A stretch of 64,000 nt of DNA from Candidatus Latescibacterota bacterium (GCA_965205975.1 OZ242195.1:3968001-4032000); one strand, 5' to 3'. Shown: positions 8,574 through 19,293, counted from the first letter of the stretch. Translations and numbers: made by a program. Notes: generated from the sequence alone by a model not told the origin.

Positions 8574-11375
8574 ATGAGAAGAGATCACAGACACCACAGA
8601 CATTTAAGGCAGTTTCGATCTGTAAATGAATATAGCCTGTACAGGAATCGCATCTACCTCCTGAACGCGATTCGCGCTGCCCAGCAGAACCTCGCCGTGC
8701 GGGAGAACCTATTGGACTGGTTTAGACGCAATAAGGAAGAACTGGAAAGCATGGACGCCTTCCTCATGCAAGAATATAACAAAACGATAAGTGGACAGAT
8801 AGTAAAGGACCTGACTCAGCGAAAAGTAGCCCATTTCCTCAACTCCTCAGTTAAAACTCTTAAGGAGAAAACCCGAAAAGCACCGACGCTAAGTCCCATC
8901 CAGACAGCGGTCCACCTGGTCATCCAGCGTTTTTCCCTAACGCCAATAGCAGGATCGCTACTCCAACTCGCGTGCTGTTATGAGCATATCAATAACTCTA
9001 TTGCCGCAAGCCTGTGGGATCAAGTTCAGAACGCAGTTATTGGACATCTTGAAACGACCGCGACCTTGTTGGGCTGCTCTCGCGACGAGGTGGAGGACGC
9101 ATTCCGCGAACTGGCCGATGTGGGCATCACTGATCTGGAAGATCTGAACAGGGTACATACCGACCCCGGCAACTACATAAATACCAATTTTTGCCGGATA
9201 TGGAATCCGCCGGTGCGGGACATGGAAGAATTGATGGCGCGTCTGGTTGGTCAGCCATGCGAGGCCACGCTGGACCTGAAAGACTTCGCGCACCTCGATA
9301 ACCGGGACAATGTCGTACGTCTCCTCAGCGCAGCGATACAGGAGCGACGCAAAGAAAAACCTGCAACAGGCGTGAACATCCTGTTATACGGTCGTGCGGG
9401 AACCGGCAAAACCGAATTTGCCAAAACCCTATCCCGCGCCGCTGGCGCGTACCTCTATTCCATCGGCGAACCGGGCCGGAACGATAAGGAAAAGGCCGAT
9501 ACCGAACGCGATTGCCGCACCCGACGCCGCAATCAGATACGCATGGCCCAGGCTCTCCTGCGCTCCGTTCCCAACGCCGCGATCTTGTGCGACGAAGCAG
9601 AAGATGTCCTGGACTCCGGTCACGGCACCCGCCTCCTCAACCACCGCCTGCTGGAAAACACCCCCGTACCGGTCATCTACACAGCCAATCGCCTGGACCA
9701 CCTGGACGAAAGCATGCTGCGGCGTTTCACGTACATCCTCAAATTCACCGTCCACAGCCCCATCCGCCAGACCGCGATTCTGCAGCGAATGCTCAAGGAA
9801 AGTGGTATTGAGGACATTGATACGACCGCGTGTGCGCGACGCCTCGTGGATCAACTCGAATGCCCCCCTGCCATCCTGGCAAAAGCCATTGAAACAACCC
9901 GCCTCATAAACGGCAACGAGAACGACATCTATCACTTCTGCGAACAACTGGAACGCACCATCGCCACCCATTGCACACGCCCACGCCTCGGACCTCCCAT
10001 CAAACCACAACTTCCGTGGGAGGCATTTTCACACATAGGACAAGACGCCGAAGACATCCGGCGCACCCTCGCCGCAGTGCTCGGTAAAAACAGAAAAGGC
10101 GTCAACATTCTCCTGTACGGACCCCCAGGCACCGGCAAAACCGAATTTGCTCGCACCCTCTGCGGCGAAATCGGCGCGCAATTATACGCCATAGGACACG
10201 GCCCAGACGCACGCCCGAGCGCAGACCGCACAAAAACACTGGACTACGCCCTCGAAGCCCTATCAGACGAACCAAACGCCGCGATCCTCTTTGACGAAAT
10301 GGAGGACTTCCGCCAGCAAGAAAAACTCTATCTGAATCGCATCGTCGAAGAAAACCCCGTCCCCATCATCTGGACCTGCAACTCCATTGCCTACTACCGC
10401 GCGTTTGAACCCTTCTTCATCGACCGCATGCTGCACGCCATTGAGTTCCGCCACCTGCCCACCCGGGCGCGGGAACACCTGTACTCCAGCATCCTGCACA
10501 ACGCGCATATTCCAGACACTGAGACCCGTCAACTCGCCCAAGCACTGGCACACAACAACAAAATAACCCCTCGGCAGGTCGCCCTGGCAGCCAAACAGGC
10601 TACTCTCGTCAGTGGAAACACTCAGACCATCCAGCGCAACATAGCCCAAAAGGAAAAACTGCGCCACGGCGTCCGCCCACCTGACATGCGCCCGATAGAG
10701 CAATACGACCCGACCCTCATCCACGCCGACATCAATCTGGAGGTGTTAGCTGAGCAAATGGTCGCACGCGGCACGCGTCGATTCTCGCTTTGCCTGTGCG
10801 GGCCTCCGGGAACGGGCAAAACAGCTTTTGTGCGCTACATCGCCGAACAAATGGGCATAGACATCCTACCCAAACGGGCATCCGACCTCCTGAACAAATA
10901 CGTCGGAGAAAACGAGCAGAACATCGCATCAGCCTTTGCCGAAGCCCTCCAGACCAGCTCATTTCTCGTATTTGACGAAGCGGATTCGCTCCTCATGGAC
11001 CGGCAATCCGCCCAACGCTCATGGGAAGTCAGCCTGGTCAACGAAATGCTCAGCCAGATGGAGCGGCATCCCCTCCCTTATGCCTGCACCACCAACCAGT
11101 GGGACATAATCGACCCGGCAGCCGCACGCCGCTTCGTATTTCGCGCCGAGTTTTACTTCATGGATCAACCGCGCATCAACCGCGCCTTCGAGCTATTCTT
11201 TGACCATAAAGCACCCACCTCTACACTCGCACTGACCAAACTCACCCCCGCAGACTTTGCCAACGTACGGGATCGTGCAGAGATACTGGGCTACCTGAAC
11301 GACCCCGAGCGCATCGCGCACGCTCTCGCCGAAGAATGCCGTCAAAAACCCGGTAGTGCCTCCCTCGGCTTCTGA
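8574..11375 (+). CDS. AAA+ ATPase with three tandem AAA modules
   Basis: Walker A/B pairs GRAGTGKT/ILCDE, GPPGTGKT/ILFDE and GPPGTGKT/LVFDE; AAGGAG upstream of ATG 8574. Confidence 0.9.
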   Translation: MRRDHRHHRHLRQFRSVNEYSLYRNRIYLLNAIRAAQQNLAVRENLLDWFRRNKEELESMDAFLMQEYNKTISGQIVKDLTQRKVAHFLNSSVKTLKEKTRKAPTLSPIQTAVHLVIQRFSLTPIAGSLLQLACCYEHINNSIAASLWDQVQNAVIGHLETTATLLGCSRDEVEDAFRELADVGITDLEDLNRVHTDPGNYINTNFCRIWNPPVRDMEELMARLVGQPCEATLDLKDFAHLDNRDNVVRLLSAAIQERRKEKPATGVNILLYGRAGTGKTEFAKTLSRAAGAYLYSIGEPGRNDKEKADTERDCRTRRRNQIRMAQALLRSVPNAAILCDEAEDVLDSGHGTRLLNHRLLENTPVPVIYTANRLDHLDESMLRRFTYILKFTVHSPIRQTAILQRMLKESGIEDIDTTACARRLVDQLECPPAILAKAIETTRLINGNENDIYHFCEQLERTIATHCTRPRLGPPIKPQLPWEAFSHIGQDAEDIRRTLAAVLGKNRKGVNILLYGPPGTGKTEFARTLCGEIGAQLYAIGHGPDARPSADRTKTLDYALEALSDEPNAAILFDEMEDFRQQEKLYLNRIVEENPVPIIWTCNSIAYYRAFEPFFIDRMLHAIEFRHLPTRAREHLYSSILHNAHIPDTETRQLAQALAHNNKITPRQVALAAKQATLVSGNTQTIQRNIAQKEKLRHGVRPPDMRPIEQYDPTLIHADINLEVLAEQMVARGTRRFSLCLCGPPGTGKTAFVRYIAEQMGIDILPKRASDLLNKYVGENEQNIASAFAEALQTSSFLVFDEADSLLMDRQSAQRSWEVSLVNEMLSQMERHPLPYACTTNQWDIIDPAAARRFVFRAEFYFMDQPRINRAFELFFDHKAPTSTLALTKLTPADFANVRDRAEILGYLNDPERIAHALAEECRQKPGSASLGF

Positions 11376-11490
11376 CCCCATGACACGCAAAGGAGAGATA
11401 CAATGTTCAAGAACATCTTCACCTGACCGATCTAAACCCTTTCTCTATTCCCCTTTCAAAGCCACACACCAACAAACAATGGAGGTTTTA

Positions 11491-12042
11491 ATGTCACGCA
11501 TCATAGTCGTATTTTCAATCCTGTCTCTCACCCTTCAGGGCGTTCACGCCCAGGATCAAGCCAAACGTATCGAAGTCTTTCTCGCACTGAGTGGACACAC
11601 CATACTCAACGAAATGGAACCGTCACCTCCGGGCACCGCAGGATATATCGGCGCCCAACTCATCTACAACCTGACACAGACCCAGGCCATTGGCGTGCGC
11701 TATGGCGCCGCAGCTTATGAGATCACCAGCAGTCTGGGCAACACAGAAACCTGGATGGGCGATATATTCGCGACCTACCGATACAGTTGGCGGGCGGGAA
11801 AACCCACGCGCATCTATATTGAAGCCGGAATGGGCGCAAGCGACCCTATCCCGCTTTACGACACAGGCACCAAATTTGCATTTACCGCGGCACTGGGTGT
11901 AAAACGATTTATAGGCGAGCGATTTTCATTGGGACTGGAATCCAGAGGCGTGAGCTTCACGCAAAAAGAGAGCTTGCTGAGCACACAAAATGTGACCGCA
12001 GCCATCAATGAATTTTCACTCGTATTGGGATATCTGTTTTAG
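11491..12042 (+). CDS. Outer-membrane beta-barrel protein
   Basis: GGAGG Shine-Dalgarno, signal peptide (VHA-Q), amphipathic strands, terminal GYLF. Confidence 0.75.
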   Translation: MSRIIVVFSILSLTLQGVHAQDQAKRIEVFLALSGHTILNEMEPSPPGTAGYIGAQLIYNLTQTQAIGVRYGAAAYEITSSLGNTETWMGDIFATYRYSWRAGKPTRIYIEAGMGASDPIPLYDTGTKFAFTAALGVKRFIGERFSLGLESRGVSFTQKESLLSTQNVTAAINEFSLVLGYLF

Positions 12043-12142
12043 CGTTCAAATCGCAGGGGTTGGTGCTGTCGATAAAAAATTACAATACACAGCCAGCTCC
12101 TGCTCGCATTTTATTTATAACGAAATGAATGGGAGTTTTACC

Positions 12143-12517
12143 ATGCGGGTTTTGATGATAATAATGATTTGGATGATAATGGCTTGTGAAGAAGAAAATA
12201 ATAATCCTCTCAAAAGTGATCCTGAATTAGAGGGTAGATTCAGTGTTCTTTCAGTTACCTATTATCCACCTGACCCTCCAACAGAATCTAAAGCCACAGA
12301 TGTAAGAGTATCTTTCGCTAATTGGGGTGAAACCATATATGACCGTAGTATTTATATTCAGGTGGCTTTGATTGACTTCAACAATCAAAGGTATATCAGC
12401 GGATTGACACTGCCAGGGATACAAGGGGGCGGGGCTATAACAAGATTTGAAATAACTATTTGGGGTGTTGAACACCAACAAGTCAACCTATATGAAGTTG
12501 CGTTCACGTACAATTAA
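12143..12517 (+). CDS. Putative lipoprotein
   Basis: MRVLMIIMIWMIMA-C lipobox-like signal; AT-rich gene. Confidence 0.6.
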   Translation: MRVLMIIMIWMIMACEEENNNPLKSDPELEGRFSVLSVTYYPPDPPTESKATDVRVSFANWGETIYDRSIYIQVALIDFNNQRYISGLTLPGIQGGGAITRFEITIWGVEHQQVNLYEVAFTYN

Positions 12518-12684
12518 AAACCAATCCTCTCAGGAGACGCAAGCACAAAGACACGCAACAGGCTTATCGAGACTCTGGTCTGCGTTTAAGAAAATGCTCA
12601 CAAAATCTCCTGGTCAGGCTTGATCTTCTGAGGGTAAAAATTATATTGTATAGGAACCGTTTGTTTGAGTAGGGATTACAAAAA

Positions 12685-13752
12685 ATGAGGGCACCGATGT
12701 TATTCAAACTGATTCGCAAGAAGCAACAGACCGCATTTCAGCCGTTTATGAGACGGGAGGCTTCAGATTTGAAACTCAAAGAGAAGGATTTGGAGAACTG
12801 GATCGCGGAGAACCCAGAGTTGTTGTTTGGAACCGAACAGATATTGGTGATCAGTCAATCCGTCAGCGGTAAGCGCATGGCCGATATATTGGCTTTAGAC
12901 GCTGAGAGGCGTTTGGTCATTGTCGAGATAAAACGGGACTGGGCCGATAGAGAGACGGTTGGTCAATTGCTTGAGTATGCGGCAAACATGGCCGGAAGCC
13001 GCTATAAGGATCTGGAAAAACTGCACGAGTCCCACTGGAAACAGCACCACGGGAATAATCAATATGTTTCCTTGCTCAAACGGTTTCAAGATCTGACCGA
13101 TGACGAAGCTACAGAAGATGACATTCCGAAAGGTCAGCGGATTTGTATTGTAGCCCCTAGATCTGATGAGGGTCTGTCTCGAATTGTAAAATGGCTAAAA
13201 GAGTATGGTGTGCCGATTAACTTCGTACCTTTCACGCTCTATACAGATGACAATAATGTGGATATTCTATTAGAGATGAAGCCGATCCCTATGATTCAGG
13301 TGGAACAAAGAAATGTTGCAGCCGAGGAGAGAGATCGGTTTTTTAATACGAACGAAACTAACGCATCGGGCGCATATCAGAATATGTTTGATCACGGCGT
13401 AATTGCCATCTATGGTTACGCGAACGGACCATCGAATCTGGAAGGAAGCACCACAGATCAGCGAGTATTTGCCTACGTTAATAAAAAGGGCATCCTGGCG
13501 ATGGGACGTATCGTTGACGGTCAAGTTGTTCCTGGCAACATAGTCTTTGGAAAGCCTAACGAGTACCATGTAAGGGTCGAGTGGGAGACAATTGTACCTG
13601 ATCACATGGGTGTCAAGTTGCAGGAAGTTGAACAGCAGTTCGGCTACCAACTCCCTGTCCGCAGTGTCTTTTGCCAAATGTATTGTCCCCCTAATGTCAC
13701 AGACTGGATCGCGGGAGAGCTTCTACACAGGGCTAGGGGAAACCCGCCCTGA
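12685..13752 (+). CDS. NucS/EndoMS-like PD-(D/E)XK nuclease with an extra C-terminal domain
   Basis: EKDLENWI...ADILALD...IVEIKR...GQLLEYA. Confidence 0.8.
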   Translation: MRAPMLFKLIRKKQQTAFQPFMRREASDLKLKEKDLENWIAENPELLFGTEQILVISQSVSGKRMADILALDAERRLVIVEIKRDWADRETVGQLLEYAANMAGSRYKDLEKLHESHWKQHHGNNQYVSLLKRFQDLTDDEATEDDIPKGQRICIVAPRSDEGLSRIVKWLKEYGVPINFVPFTLYTDDNNVDILLEMKPIPMIQVEQRNVAAEERDRFFNTNETNASGAYQNMFDHGVIAIYGYANGPSNLEGSTTDQRVFAYVNKKGILAMGRIVDGQVVPGNIVFGKPNEYHVRVEWETIVPDHMGVKLQEVEQQFGYQLPVRSVFCQMYCPPNVTDWIAGELLHRARGNPP

Positions 13753-13819
13753 AGTCTTGAACAGCGAAATTTGCGTAGTAAGGACAATAAATTTGTTTGT
13801 GCTCTGAAGGAGTATCTCA

Positions 13820-14083
13820 ATGGCTGATTCGATCCTCACTGATGTGCCGGAATCTTGTCCGACAATAGTCAGGCAGCCTGAAAACGTACAAAGAGAACTC
13901 CGGGAAGCATTTGAAATTGCTGTTGTAAAAGCTCAAAAACAGGGCATTCCAGAAGAAGAAATTTTTCAATTTTTGGAAGACGTGATTGACAACCGAGCAG
14001 CAGATCAAGCGTTAAAAGAAATGGAACGAACAGGAAAAAAATCCATTCCATGGGAAAAAGTGAAAGGAGAGGCAGGGTTGTAG
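13820..14083 (+). CDS. RelB-like antitoxin (orphan)
   Basis: C-terminal EDVIDNRAADQAL...IPWEKVK; followed only by a stub (VAYAIDF) resembling a RelE N-terminus. Confidence 0.6.
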   Translation: MADSILTDVPESCPTIVRQPENVQRELREAFEIAVVKAQKQGIPEEEIFQFLEDVIDNRAADQALKEMERTGKKSIPWEKVKGEAGL

Positions 14084-14240
14084 CTTACGCAATCGACTTC
14101 TGTGAAATTATTTTCTGGTATTATAATTTCTGGTTTGTTCATAAGGATTTTTTTCGTATATTTGTCAAGTTTATGTTGACATTGCTTCAAAATCATCTTG
14201 TTTGAGTAGTTCTGTTTTTCATTGTAACCGGAGGAGAGTT

Positions 14241-14429
14241 ATGTCCCAAAGTCAGCCCCAAAATGAACCCGTTACACAACAGACACCTCAAACCATATTT
14301 CTTCGCACTCCCAAACCCGAAGATCTTGAGTTGACCCCTGAAGAAAAACAGGCCCTTAAGAATTTTTTGGATTGGGAAAAAAGGTCTGCAAAAACGCATT
14401 GGATCCTGGGGCAACCGGTGGGAAGATGA
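14241..14429 (+). CDS. Small hypothetical protein, 62 aa
   Basis: GGAGGAG Shine-Dalgarno; followed by a terminator hairpin at about 14457-14486. Confidence 0.65.
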   Translation: MSQSQPQNEPVTQQTPQTIFLRTPKPEDLELTPEEKQALKNFLDWEKRSAKTHWILGQPVGR

Positions 14430-15931
14430 GTCATTATTAACTTATAGCCAAAAATCAAAAGCCTCGTGTGTTTACGAGGCTTTTTTGATGTGTAAAAATA
14501 AGGATCCGCCTATGAAAGACGCTTTCGCAAAAGAACAAAAACTACTGGAATCATGCCAAGTACCCTTCTCGTTTTATCAACTTGTGGAAGATATCTGGCA
14601 TCCGAAAAGCAATATCGGATCAGACCCTATGAACCGTCTATGTACACTAATGAGAAAGATGAAGGTCAAATCGTTTATCAGAGAGGAATTGGAATTAAAC
14701 GAAGAATTGTTAGAAGAACAGGATATGGCCACTGAGCGATGTAAACAAAAGGTAAGCCTCACTGCGACACGCCTGACATTCTTTCGGTCATTGCCTTCTC
14801 CCCTAAAATGGAACGATCCAGATAAGTTACTGGACGACCATCTCCTGGGTTACGCTGTGATAGCAACGCTTGAACTACCGGGTGACAAATATACAACGTA
14901 CCTATTGGAATCCGTGGTCCGGCCTCCCTCCATCTGGGTGCGCGATACAGAAGACCGCATTTCCATTGAACCCATCACGAATTACTACGTACATAACAGA
15001 AGAAATTTTGAGACACACATCGGCACAAAAGAAAAATCGAGAACCTTTACTCTGCCGGGCAGTTTTTTTGCCCAACAAAATAACCTTACCCATGTCTGTG
15101 CTCATGCCGCCTTGCGAATGGCCATAAATAGCTCAGATACGGTTACCTCTGAAAAGCTCACAAATCGAAAGATCAATGAGATTCTGGGAATTGACTTCAG
15201 CAGCCCTGAAAAATGCGTAGGCCATATAGACAGTGATCCCCCAGGAACCAAAAGAGGCTTGGGTCAACAAGAGTTAGAAGACGTTGTTAGCCAATTGGGT
15301 GGGAGAACAATATCAGCAGATTTTGTACAAGACACTTCCGTTGAATACGACCAATTTATCTATCCATTTGTCGAGTCTGCCTGTCCCGTGATATTGGGAA
15401 TAGAAGGTCGGGATTCTCGTAATGAAATAATTAACCATGTGGTTTCCGTTTTAGGACATACACTCAATTCCGACCGGTGGGAACCTGAAGCCCGAGTCGG
15501 ATATAGTGGATTGCAAGCGCAACCTTATATCCCAGCTACTGGATGGACTGGACACTATATCATCAATGATGATAATTTTGGTATGTACTTGACTTTGCCA
15601 TCTGATATGTTGAGAAATTTCCTTGTTCCGTCAAAAAATCCGAACTTACACGCCAGAATAGCAGTTGCCATAGTACCTTATGGTGTGCAGTTCTCGGGCC
15701 TTTGGGCAGAAGGGATAGCGGTAAGGATTACCCAATTTCTTATCAAAATCACAAAAATACAACATCCCCCTATTTGGCTTAAAAGATTAGCTCAACAATC
15801 CGGCAAAATCGTAAGTCGAACGCTGCTTCAAACAAAAGAATCTGAGGTGCGCCCCATTATTTGACCCGGTATAAAGGCTAATTGACATTGGGTGTCAGCG
15901 TGGTATTTTCTCACCAACAGGAGGAGATACC

Positions 15932-16216
15932 ATGGGTAAGAAAACCAAGAAGTCCTACTCGGCAAAACTCAAGTTCCAGATCGTGTTAGAGGCATTGACC
16001 TCGGAGCAAGAGGATGCAGAAATCGCTCGCGCTTACGGTGTGCATCCGGTGAGTCTATCAAACTGGAAACGTCAGTTTATAGACAGTGGTGCAGAGATTT
16101 TCTCTGGTAATGATACCGTCAAGACGTATGAAGCGCGTGTGTCTGATCTGGAGCGCCTGTTAGGTCAGAAAGAAGTCGAACTGGCCTTGCTCAAAAATTT
16201 TTTAGGCAACCGTTGA
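15932..16216 (+). CDS. IS3 transposase OrfA (HTH)
   Basis: YSAKLKFQIV...IARAYGVHP...WKRQF; slippery T TTT TTA at 16198-16204. Confidence 0.9.
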   Translation: MGKKTKKSYSAKLKFQIVLEALTSEQEDAEIARAYGVHPVSLSNWKRQFIDSGAEIFSGNDTVKTYEARVSDLERLLGQKEVELALLKNFLGNR

Positions 16217-17121
16217 GCGTGTCAGACAAAGTAGAACTGGTCGAAAAGCATAAGGACAGGTATGGTCTGAATATGTGCTGCCGTGCCTTAGGCTTGTCAA
16301 AAGGGACGCTTGCCTATCGTCGCGGTCGGGCCTCTTGTTCTCAGGCAGATAAACAGATAAAGGCTGAGATCGTCACCACAATCCGGCATCACCCCGATTA
16401 TGGGTATCGTCGCATCAAGGAAGACCTGATAGCGCGTGCTGGCATCGTGGTCAATCATAAGCGGTTACGTAAGATATTGTCAACGTATGAGTTAGACTTA
16501 CCTCGTCATCTGCCAAAACGCGGCAAGAATCCGGTATTGAAGCTGATAAGCGAGGTGGGACAAGACGCCAATTTAGTTCAGAACCGCACCGTTGATCCCT
16601 TGCGAGTCTTTTGCACCGACTTTACAGAATTGCTCTATTGCCAAGGACAGAAAAAAGCGTGGTTAATGGCGTTTTTGGACATCCACACCAGGTGGATCGC
16701 AGGCTTTGGCGTGGGCGCACATCGCAACCGTGACCTGGCGATTTATTGTTTGGATCAGTTACAAAACAACCTGAGTTGTTTGGACAGGAGACTGTCTGAC
16801 ATCCTCATCCATCACGACCGCGATTCGGTTTATACCTCATACGACTGGTTACATCGTGTGTTGATTGAAGAACGTGCAGGGATTTCTTTTGCGATGAATG
16901 GGGCAAAAGATAATCCGTGGATAGAGTCCTTTTGGGGACGTTTTAAGACGGAAAACAAGACTTTGATTATGCACGCAGAATCTTTGACAGAACTTATCTG
17001 TGTGATTGGGCAACAAATGACGTATTACAATCAAGATCGAAGGCATTCTGCCTTGAGCTACCAGACGCCACAAGAAGTGGTGCAGGCCATTCTTATGAGA
17101 AATATCACGGCTGACCCTTAG
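16213..17121 (+). CDS. IS3 transposase OrfB (DDE), -1 frame
   Basis: YGYRRI, TDFTE, HHDRDSVY and DNPWIESFWGRFKTE motifs. Confidence 0.92.
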   Translation: MSVSDKVELVEKHKDRYGLNMCCRALGLSKGTLAYRRGRASCSQADKQIKAEIVTTIRHHPDYGYRRIKEDLIARAGIVVNHKRLRKILSTYELDLPRHLPKRGKNPVLKLISEVGQDANLVQNRTVDPLRVFCTDFTELLYCQGQKKAWLMAFLDIHTRWIAGFGVGAHRNRDLAIYCLDQLQNNLSCLDRRLSDILIHHDRDSVYTSYDWLHRVLIEERAGISFAMNGAKDNPWIESFWGRFKTENKTLIMHAESLTELICVIGQQMTYYNQDRRHSALSYQTPQEVVQAILMRNITADP

Positions 17122-17547
17122 TGTAAATTAGCCTGATAACTGGTTCAAATTTTGGGTTACAGATCCATCCTATAGACAATATATTGATAGTCTGGTTCAA
17201 GATGGCCATATAACATTAACTCCAGAAATTGAACAGAGATTCGAGAATATGCCGGAACATATCTGGGTATCTGAAATCACTCTGCCTCACCTTTACACTG
17301 GCAATAAACACAAACTCGGGGATGTAATCATTCGCGCAAATGCCACTGACGAGGAACACAACGCAGTGAAAAGTTTTGAATTAGCCTGGTTTCCAGGCTT
17401 CATATATTTTGGATCGGATCATCAGATTCTTCCCTGGGATGTGCGTACTCATGTTCCACTTATAAGAGAAGAAGAAACAGTTCCATTACTCGAATGGTAA
17501 TATTACTTTTGCTCTAAAATTGATACCCATCCCAAACGCCTGACAAA

Positions 17548-17727
17548 TCACTCGTTTTTTCCATAGACGACACGTAACTGTGTCATATCGCAGTCATCAA
17601 GCGTGAGGGTATCGAGATCGGCTTTTATCGCCTGATCAATCTCCTCATCTGTCACGCGATCCAAATAATCAAAGTCTGTCCGCGACTTCTCGTTTTTAGA
17701 CTTTCGACCAGAAAAGCTCTCGTTCAT
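17548..17727 (-). pseudogene. Truncated BrnA-like antitoxin N-terminus
   Basis: SRTDFDYLDRVTDEEID...AIKADLD; lacks the C-terminal DNA-binding part. Confidence 0.5.
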
Positions 17728-17873
17728 CTTTGACCTCGCTATCCTTTGCTCAGTGTGACTGTGCAATATACCAAAAAAATCTTGATTGCTGTGGGCATAT
17801 AGGGTATTATTTCCGCGATAGATTTTATTTAAAATGTATTCGCGCATTCGTCAGATAAGGTGGTATTGATCCT

Positions 17874-18131
17874 ATGGAAACGATCCGATTGTCCAATGAG
17901 ATTTTGGAAAAACTCGGCAAACTATGTCAGGCTGGCGGGTATGAAACCATTGCGCAAGGTTTGGAACATGCCATTGACCATCACCTTTTAGAACTACGCC
18001 GTCAAAGAGCAGAAAAAAGAGGTAAAAAAATAAGAAAAAAATTACAAGAAAAAAATTTGACAGAGGATGAAATTCTCAAAGACTTTGAAATATTTCGAGA
18101 GAATTTGAGGCAAGGGAATGCCGCGACTTGA
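17874..18131 (+). CDS. Putative ribbon-helix-helix antitoxin
   Basis: 85 aa; overlaps the PIN gene. Confidence 0.65.
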   Translation: METIRLSNEILEKLGKLCQAGGYETIAQGLEHAIDHHLLELRRQRAEKRGKKIRKKLQEKNLTEDEILKDFEIFRENLRQGNAAT

Positions 18132-18504
18132 GCTTGCCGTTGATGCAAACCCATTGATTTCTGCACTCCTGGGTGGGCAAGCATTAAAATTGCTATACAG
18201 TCCATTATTTTTATTTATTACAACAGAACGCACAACCTGGGAAGTCAAAAAATATATACCAGAAATAGCAGAGCGTCTTGACATCTCAGAAATTGAAATG
18301 CTGGAGACATTTGAAGACTTTCCATTAGTTGCTTATCAATCAGGTCTGTATAGCTCTGCTATTAGTCGAGCAAAAAATAAAATTAGTCTTCGCGATCCAA
18401 AAGATGTAGATATTCTCGCTCTCGTATATCATCTCGGGACGCCATTGTGGACTCATGATCTCGATCTTATAAACATTGAAGACATTCAAACTGTTACCAC
18501 GTAA
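18118..18504 (+). CDS. PIN-domain (VapC-like) toxin, possibly slightly C-terminally truncated
   Basis: VDANPLIS, RDPKDVDILAL and LWTHDLDL motifs; the frame continues DLLTII after TAA. Confidence 0.85.
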   Translation: MPRLELAVDANPLISALLGGQALKLLYSPLFLFITTERTTWEVKKYIPEIAERLDISEIEMLETFEDFPLVAYQSGLYSSAISRAKNKISLRDPKDVDILALVYHLGTPLWTHDLDLINIEDIQTVTT

Positions 18505-18588
18505 GATTTACTAACCATCATAGCCACAAATGAATAGTCCGCATATGTCTCCGCACAAAGGAGGCGACATCACAACATGTCACCTCTT

Positions 18589-18669
18589 TTTTCTTTGCCT
18601 TGACAGCGGGAACAAACTGTATTAGGATGCATCCCGATATTTACAGGAGAGACAGAATGTCTGACCATT
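18589..18669 (+). repeat. 81-bp copy of the promoter, RBS and first 4 codons of the FAD oxidoreductase
   Basis: Identical to 20609-20689 except for 2 positions; TTGACA-N17-TAGGAT. Confidence 0.93.
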
Positions 18670-18775
18670 TCATTACCCATTGGACTTAATTTTTTGCAAG
18701 GGCAAATTATCTTGCTACGTAGCCCAATTCTGGGCAGAAAATGCGATTTTTTTCACTTCTCAAAAAGGGTCTGTC

Positions 18776-19066
18776 ATGAGTAATATGCAAGAAGAAATCA
18801 ATCAGTATTACCGGAGTGCTGATATTGCGCCCTTGGGGGGATATGGACATGATAAATATAAAAAGAAGTATCAAGAGAAAGAATCGTTGGAAGAGCGAAA
18901 AGAGATAATCCGCGAGATGTACATCGCGAGGTACGACAAGTTCACTTGTAAAAACAAGAAAGGCTGTCGGTGTGCCTGCTATAACCGAGCAAAAAACAAT
19001 AACCAAGCAGAAAACTTTCTCTTTTCCTCTCATTGCGCCCGGCGCAACTCCTTCAGGGTCATGTAG
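18776..19066 (+). pseudogene. Hypothetical gene fragment
   Basis: AT-rich ORF whose 3' end collides with the convergent antitoxin remnant. Confidence 0.35.
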
Positions 19067-19205
19067 GTAGCCTGAAGGTGTGCTTTTTCGGCCTTAATCC
19101 TCGCCTGTCTCTCAGGAGGCAGAGACGCTATTTTTTCTTTTAGAGACGTTCCCATTAGATGTTTCCTTTCAATCTCCTAAAATGGTCATCGAAACGGTCC
19201 TCGGC
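19030..19205 (-). pseudogene. RelE/HigB toxin C-terminus plus truncated XRE antitoxin remnant
   Basis: ...AEDRFDDHFRRLKGNI* then MGTSLKEKIASLPPERQARIKAE...MTLKELRRAQ* (19030-19155). Confidence 0.65.
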
Positions 19206-19293
19206 TTGAGCAATAAGCCGCCTGTAGAAGCGGTTTTCTCTTTGCGCCTCCTTACGCAATGTCCTGTATCTCGTCAGGCTTATGGAAATCACG

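Larger units (their letters stand above)
15843..17167 (+). mobile_element. IS3-family insertion sequence
   Basis: About 41-bp imperfect terminal inverted repeats (TGAGGTGCGCCCC...AGGCTAATT / AATTAGCCT...CAGATCCA). Target duplication is ATC (or TC if the end is read as CA). OrfA and OrfB present. Confidence 0.93.
14512..17500 (+). pseudogene. Papain/C39-like cysteine-peptidase-fold protein (about 550 aa) split by an IS3 element
   Basis: QQNNLTHVCAH, HVVSVLGH and YIINDDN motifs. Removing the IS restores the frame (...QTKES|YRQYIDSL...MPEHIWVSE...EW*). Confidence 0.7.
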
